Shown here piece by piece: positions 20,980 to 24,843 of a stretch of DNA of 24,843 bases. The notes under the pieces are model-generated. The model was not told the DNA's origin, searched no databases, and saw only the letters and a list, made by a program, of their open reading frames with translations. The position numbers were made by a program, and so were the translations under genes. The stretch spans positions 1-24,843 of the forward strand of contig NW_021836287.1 in NCBI RefSeq assembly GCF_006345805.1. The letters run 5' to 3'. Every line of letters starts with the position of its first letter. Position 1 is the stretch's first letter. This stretch comes from Octopus sinensis (lineage: Eukaryota).

Positions 20980-21540
20980 CAGCAGATGAACATTTTTATT
21001 TAAAATATTGCACTTAAGGATAAAATTACAAATATATTATTTATATCTTGAATATATTAGATTTTATTAAAACTAAAAATTCTATTACAAGTTATTTGTT
21101 ATTACTTGTTACAGCTATGGGGAATAAAAATAAACTCAATTAAAATATTTTTTGCACTTAAAAAAATTCAATTTTTTCATTATTAATCAATAATTAGAAA
21201 TTTGTAAATAGGTTATAAAAATTAATAGCAGTACATAATTATCTAGTACAATAAATAGACTAAGACGAAAATTAGTCATATATTAGAGTAAATCTAACTA
21301 TAACAACAAATTCACAGCAACATTTGCCTAAGGTATTGCCAAGTCTTCACATTTTTGTCTTGACCTAATGCCTGTTTTTATATAAGGAATTTGCCTACCA
21401 TATGTACTATTCTACTATTTTAACAAAATGATGGTACTTTTTTAATTATAATGTTACTTTGTAAATTAAAATCAAATTATCTTGAATATTCTAATTTTAT
21501 CCTCAGCTGCAATATTTTAAGTAAAAATTTTCTTGATCTG
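20980..21540. mobile_element. 561-bp MITE-like element with ~52-bp TIRs and TA flanks
   Basis: 20980-21031 versus the reverse complement of 21489-21540: 42/52 identical without gaps. Both ends read TA|CAG (TA at 20978-79 and 21541-42). AT-rich non-coding interior. Confidence 0.65.
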
Positions 21541-21544
21541 TACA

Positions 21545-21745
21545 TAACGTCCGTTGGGCAGCTAATTTCGACAACTATGCACAGTTTCTCTTCTCTATCC
21601 CAAATAATTAGATCAGGTTACACTGGGACATTCCACCAGTATTCCTTTTCATTATGAGTGGCTACTGCTTCTACCATAATGTGGGTTCGTATTTATTCGT
21701 CCTCGGTGTTATGTTTCCGTCGGGTTTCATTATAGAGTGCCCTAT
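21545..21745 (-). mobile_element. Restriction-like endonuclease fragment of a third RLE-LINE family
   Basis: Minus translation RALYNETRRKHNTEDE*IRTHIMVEAVATHNEKEYWWNVPV/(deletion)PDLIIWDREEKLCIVVEISCPTDV contains the PD..(E/D)xxxP RLE motif also seen at 12014-12085. Confidence 0.7.
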
Positions 21746-22042
21746 TTATGTATGTATTATGTATGTATGTATGTGTGTATGTATGTGTGTGTTTGTGTAT
21801 GTATGTTTTTATCTATCTACTTATCTCTTTTTTCTGTGTGTGTGTTTGTGTATGTGCGTATTTATATAAATTGACGCATAATATATACATATATATGTGT
21901 AGGTGTGCGCGCGAGTTTGTATGTTTGTTTAGTAATTGTAGGCACACAAAGCAGCGATAACTCTGACATGTTTATGAACGATGAAATGAGCTGGAAACAC
22001 TTTCAATCTTGAAAGTCACTCAAGGGAGAAAATCTGCTTATA

Positions 22043-22420
22043 CGAGGTCTCACTAAAAAGTATCGGGAATGGTGCCTTAAAAAGAAAACTAACAGAACAG
22101 GCAACAATTCCGCATTTAATCTCCTTCAAAGCAATCCCCTTCTGAAGCCATTCATTCTAACAGGCCTCATTTCTGTTGATGGAAACATTCCAAGAACTCC
22201 TGCTTTGAGGCTAGGGCGCAGCTCATTCGTCGCATTCTCCTCGATTTCCTCGGCGTCTTGAAATCAAGTTGGGGTTTTTCATTGCAAAGACCGAACGCTG
22301 GCTTTGGAGTCGTAGGTATAGACCAACAATACATCTGCTGTTATAATCGTTTTCAAAGAGTTTTCTCCTTTCTGCAGACAATCCGATCTTCTTCTTGACC
22401 CGACCACACTCTATGTATCT
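22043..22420 (-). mobile_element. Internally deleted mariner (irritans-like) 3' portion with one TIR
   Basis: TA|CGAGGTCTCACTAAAAAGT terminus at 22041-22061 resembles Hsmar2-type TIRs. Minus translation NSLKTIITADVLLVYTYD..Q*KTP is joined directly to FQDAEEIEENAT..CF..ASEGDCFEGD* (stop 22116-22118). Confidence 0.75.
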
Positions 22421-22566
22421 TACTTGCAAGGACTGCTACAAACAATGGAAATGGGCGAGAAGGATATTACGCAATGGGCATGCGTCGCAGAATTTAAGAT
22501 CTACCGTCCCAAACAACTTCACTTTGCATACTCTAAAACCGTTGCCATAGGAACAGTTTCTGCAAC

Positions 22567-22627
22567 GCAGTCCGACAATGGCTTAGCAGTCCGACAATGG
22601 CTTAGCAGTCCGACAATGGCTTAGCAG
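22567..22627 (+). repeat. 3.2 exact copies of a 19-bp unit GCAGTCCGACAATGGCTTA
   Basis: Units at 22567, 22586 and 22605, plus GCAG. Confidence 0.95.
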
Positions 22628-22899
22628 GCCGAAACTTCGAAGTCCCTTTCAATAATACTCTTGTTTCAGAAGAGCAAATTTGTACACCACGATAGTATAC
22701 TATAGTAACCCATCAGATGAATGTAAAATTCATTTTGTAACTGAACATGAAAATAAACTTTGGCAAAATATATTTAAGTATATAATTATAAAAATATGAT
22801 TATAATTAAGGAGAAATGCTGGCGCCTATTCATTTTACAGATATGGTCACTTTTTATTCGCTAGACACTGAGATGATTATATCCCAAATTTATAAAAAT

Positions 22900-22902
22900 A
22901 TA

Positions 22903-22969
<67 letters not shown>

Positions 22970-23055
22970 TATATTTACATTATATATATATATATATGTA
23001 TATATATTTCACATATATTGATATTATATATATATATATATTTATATATATATAC

Positions 23056-23087
<32 letters not shown>

Positions 23088-23145
23088 TATAATATATTAT
23101 ATATATATATATTATATATATATATATATTAATACATGTATATAG
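22900..23145. repeat. Degenerate (TA)n microsatellite
   Basis: Directly visible. Confidence 0.95.
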
Positions 23146-23150
23146 AAATA

Positions 23151-23364
23151 GCAAGCGTTTCCTTCTCGCTCATGTCAATTCATAAGAGCCGGTTTCCCTG
23201 ATTCAGTGGTGTATATATTTTCACACTTGGATGGGATGCCAGTCCTTCACATGATGACTCCTTTTGCCAGGTGAGTGGACTGAGCAACGTGAATCTAGGA
23301 ATCGAAAGCACAACACTACGATTTTTGAGTCCAACACTCTAACCACTAAGCCACGCGCCTCCAC
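23151..23364 (-). mobile_element. tRNA-derived SINE family 2 with internal deletion
   Basis: A-box TGGCTTAGTGG, B-box-like GCTTTCGATTCC. Body matches 3780-3920; ~35 nt after the head are missing relative to the 3680 copy. Confidence 0.8.
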
Positions 23365-23413
23365 TACAATATATGTATGTGTATACTTATACGATACATA
23401 TATATATATATAT

Positions 23414-24260
23414 AAAATCACATAAGGGTGAAAAAAATTGAATATTAATCAATAATAATATCAATTTAAAACACCAAGTGGCCTAGCGTAAAAAAAACCT
23501 GTGATACAGTAAAAATTATTAATACAAGTAATAAGAGAGGGACCACATGTGGTCACTCTAACGCTAGAAATAGATCCGCAAAGGGAATCACAACTAAAGA
23601 ATTGTTCTCAAGCATTAATTCAACACGCCAAGAATGTAAGCGGGCAGGACAAATGAAAAATAACGAAAAAATGGATTAACTCTATACATTGTTTCATTTC
23701 TTCATGTTAATAGATTGTGTAATTTTACTTACAAATCATTTTCGAATAATCGGTAGAGTATATCAAAAATATAATTGCTGAACCGAACGCCAAAATCCAT
23801 ACGAAGCCGAGCAAATGCGAAACGGCACAGCCGATTATACTTGCAGTTACGTTCAATATCCTCATTCTTGGCGTGTTAGAAATACCGGATGTAAATACTA
23901 CCCCAGTAATTTACTGCCGGTTTGAGAACATATTAATTCATAATTAAAATCACAATAAGGGTGATAAAATTTGAATATTAATTAATAATAACATCAATTT
24001 AAAACACCAAGTGGCCTAGCGTAAAAAACTGTGATACAGAAAAAATTATTAATACAGGTAATAAGAGAGGGACCACGTGTGGTCACTCTAACGCTAGAAA
24101 TAGATCCGCAAAAGGAATCCACCATTAAAGAATTGTTCTCAAGCATTAATTCAATTAATGTTGAATTAATGCTTGAGAACAATTCTTTAGTGGTGGATTC
24201 CCTTTGCGGATCTATTTCTAGCGTTAGAGTGACCTCATGTGGTTTCTCTCTTATACTTGT
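23414..24260. mobile_element. Composite direct plus inverted repeat element (two ~210-bp direct copies and a ~100-bp fold-back)
   Basis: 23414-23624 closely matches 23946-24154. 24161-24260 is the inverted copy of ~24055-24154 with a 6-nt loop. (TA)-rich flanks. Confidence 0.8.
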
Positions 24261-24331
24261 TGGTATAATATATACATATCCTACGTATATATATATTATA
24301 TACATACTTACATATATATATATGTATGTAT

Positions 24332-24467
24332 ATCAAATCGACTCACAAGGAATTGGTAAACCCGAGGGTAGACTAGAAGTCACTTGCCCAAGTTTCCTCG
24401 CAGTTGCGACTGAACCCTGGACAAAGTTATTGGGAAGTAAGTTTTTCCCACAGAGCACCTCTGCGCC
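24332..24467 (-). mobile_element. SINE family 1, degenerate head/body
   Basis: aaatcgactcacaagg..cccgagg..cacttgcccaag..cgcagttgcgactgaaccc..ctgcgcc aligns with 15972-16105. Confidence 0.75.
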
Positions 24468-24843
24468 TCTATGTGAACTCTATGTACGATTCGGTTGTTA
24501 TATGATACGTACATACATATGTGCGTGTGTGCGTGTGTGTATGAGTGAGTGTGCGTATGTGTGCGTGCATGTGTGCGTGTTTATGTCGTGCATGTATCTA
24601 TTCACATATGCACTGTATACATTTTTGTAATCACAAACGCCCACTTCCCTTCAGCCGACACCACGAATTTTAAATATGGCGTGCATGTTCACATGTTTTC
24701 GTATAATTAGTCAAAACTTTCAACTCGTTGCTTTCCTTCTCTATATAACCTTTTTATTTTATCCTCTTGTTCAACCAGAATTCTTTACGTAGGCTCCATT
24801 CCAAACACTTTCGATTTGGATTAGCACTTAGTATCCATAATCT

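Noticed and set aside
22567-22627. CRISPR-like array
   Set aside because: Contiguous tandem repeats with no spacers, in eukaryotic context.
23792-23838. Hammerhead-like GC..GC-GAAA-CGGC(ACA)GCCG
   Set aside because: No recognisable CUGANGA and no UH after stem III.
196-24630. Most ORFs in the track (poly-IY, HT, CV, N, I, LSIY)
   Set aside because: Translations of microsatellites and low-complexity DNA; no domain content.

Overview
Eukaryotic, AT-rich, repeat-dominated genomic DNA with no recognisable host protein-coding gene. The dense (TA)n/(AAT)n/(GATA)n/(CA)n microsatellites and the SINE families resemble octopus DNA (inferred from recall, not verified). Nearly all long ORFs in the track are microsatellite read-through. 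Supportable content: a 5'-truncated, frameshifted R4/Dong-type RLE-LINE (10089-12435), followed in the same (AAT)n array by a second R4-type 3' end and a ~545-bp non-coding insert; relics of RTE, CR1-like and a third RLE-LINE; two Tc1/mariner relics; a TA-flanked MITE; a probable non-autonomous Helitron; and many tRNA-derived SINE copies. The most interesting signal is a set of type I hammerhead-ribozyme motifs with palindromic stem III (Penelope-like-element style), mostly a short way upstream of a microsatellite. One has an intact catalytic core and a very long stem II (16698-16790, minus). Another lies in a fold-back element that places a hammerhead on each strand (7168-7330). Three different elements share a CCGA (U4C) core variant. 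All pairings were read by eye; no folding or database search was run.
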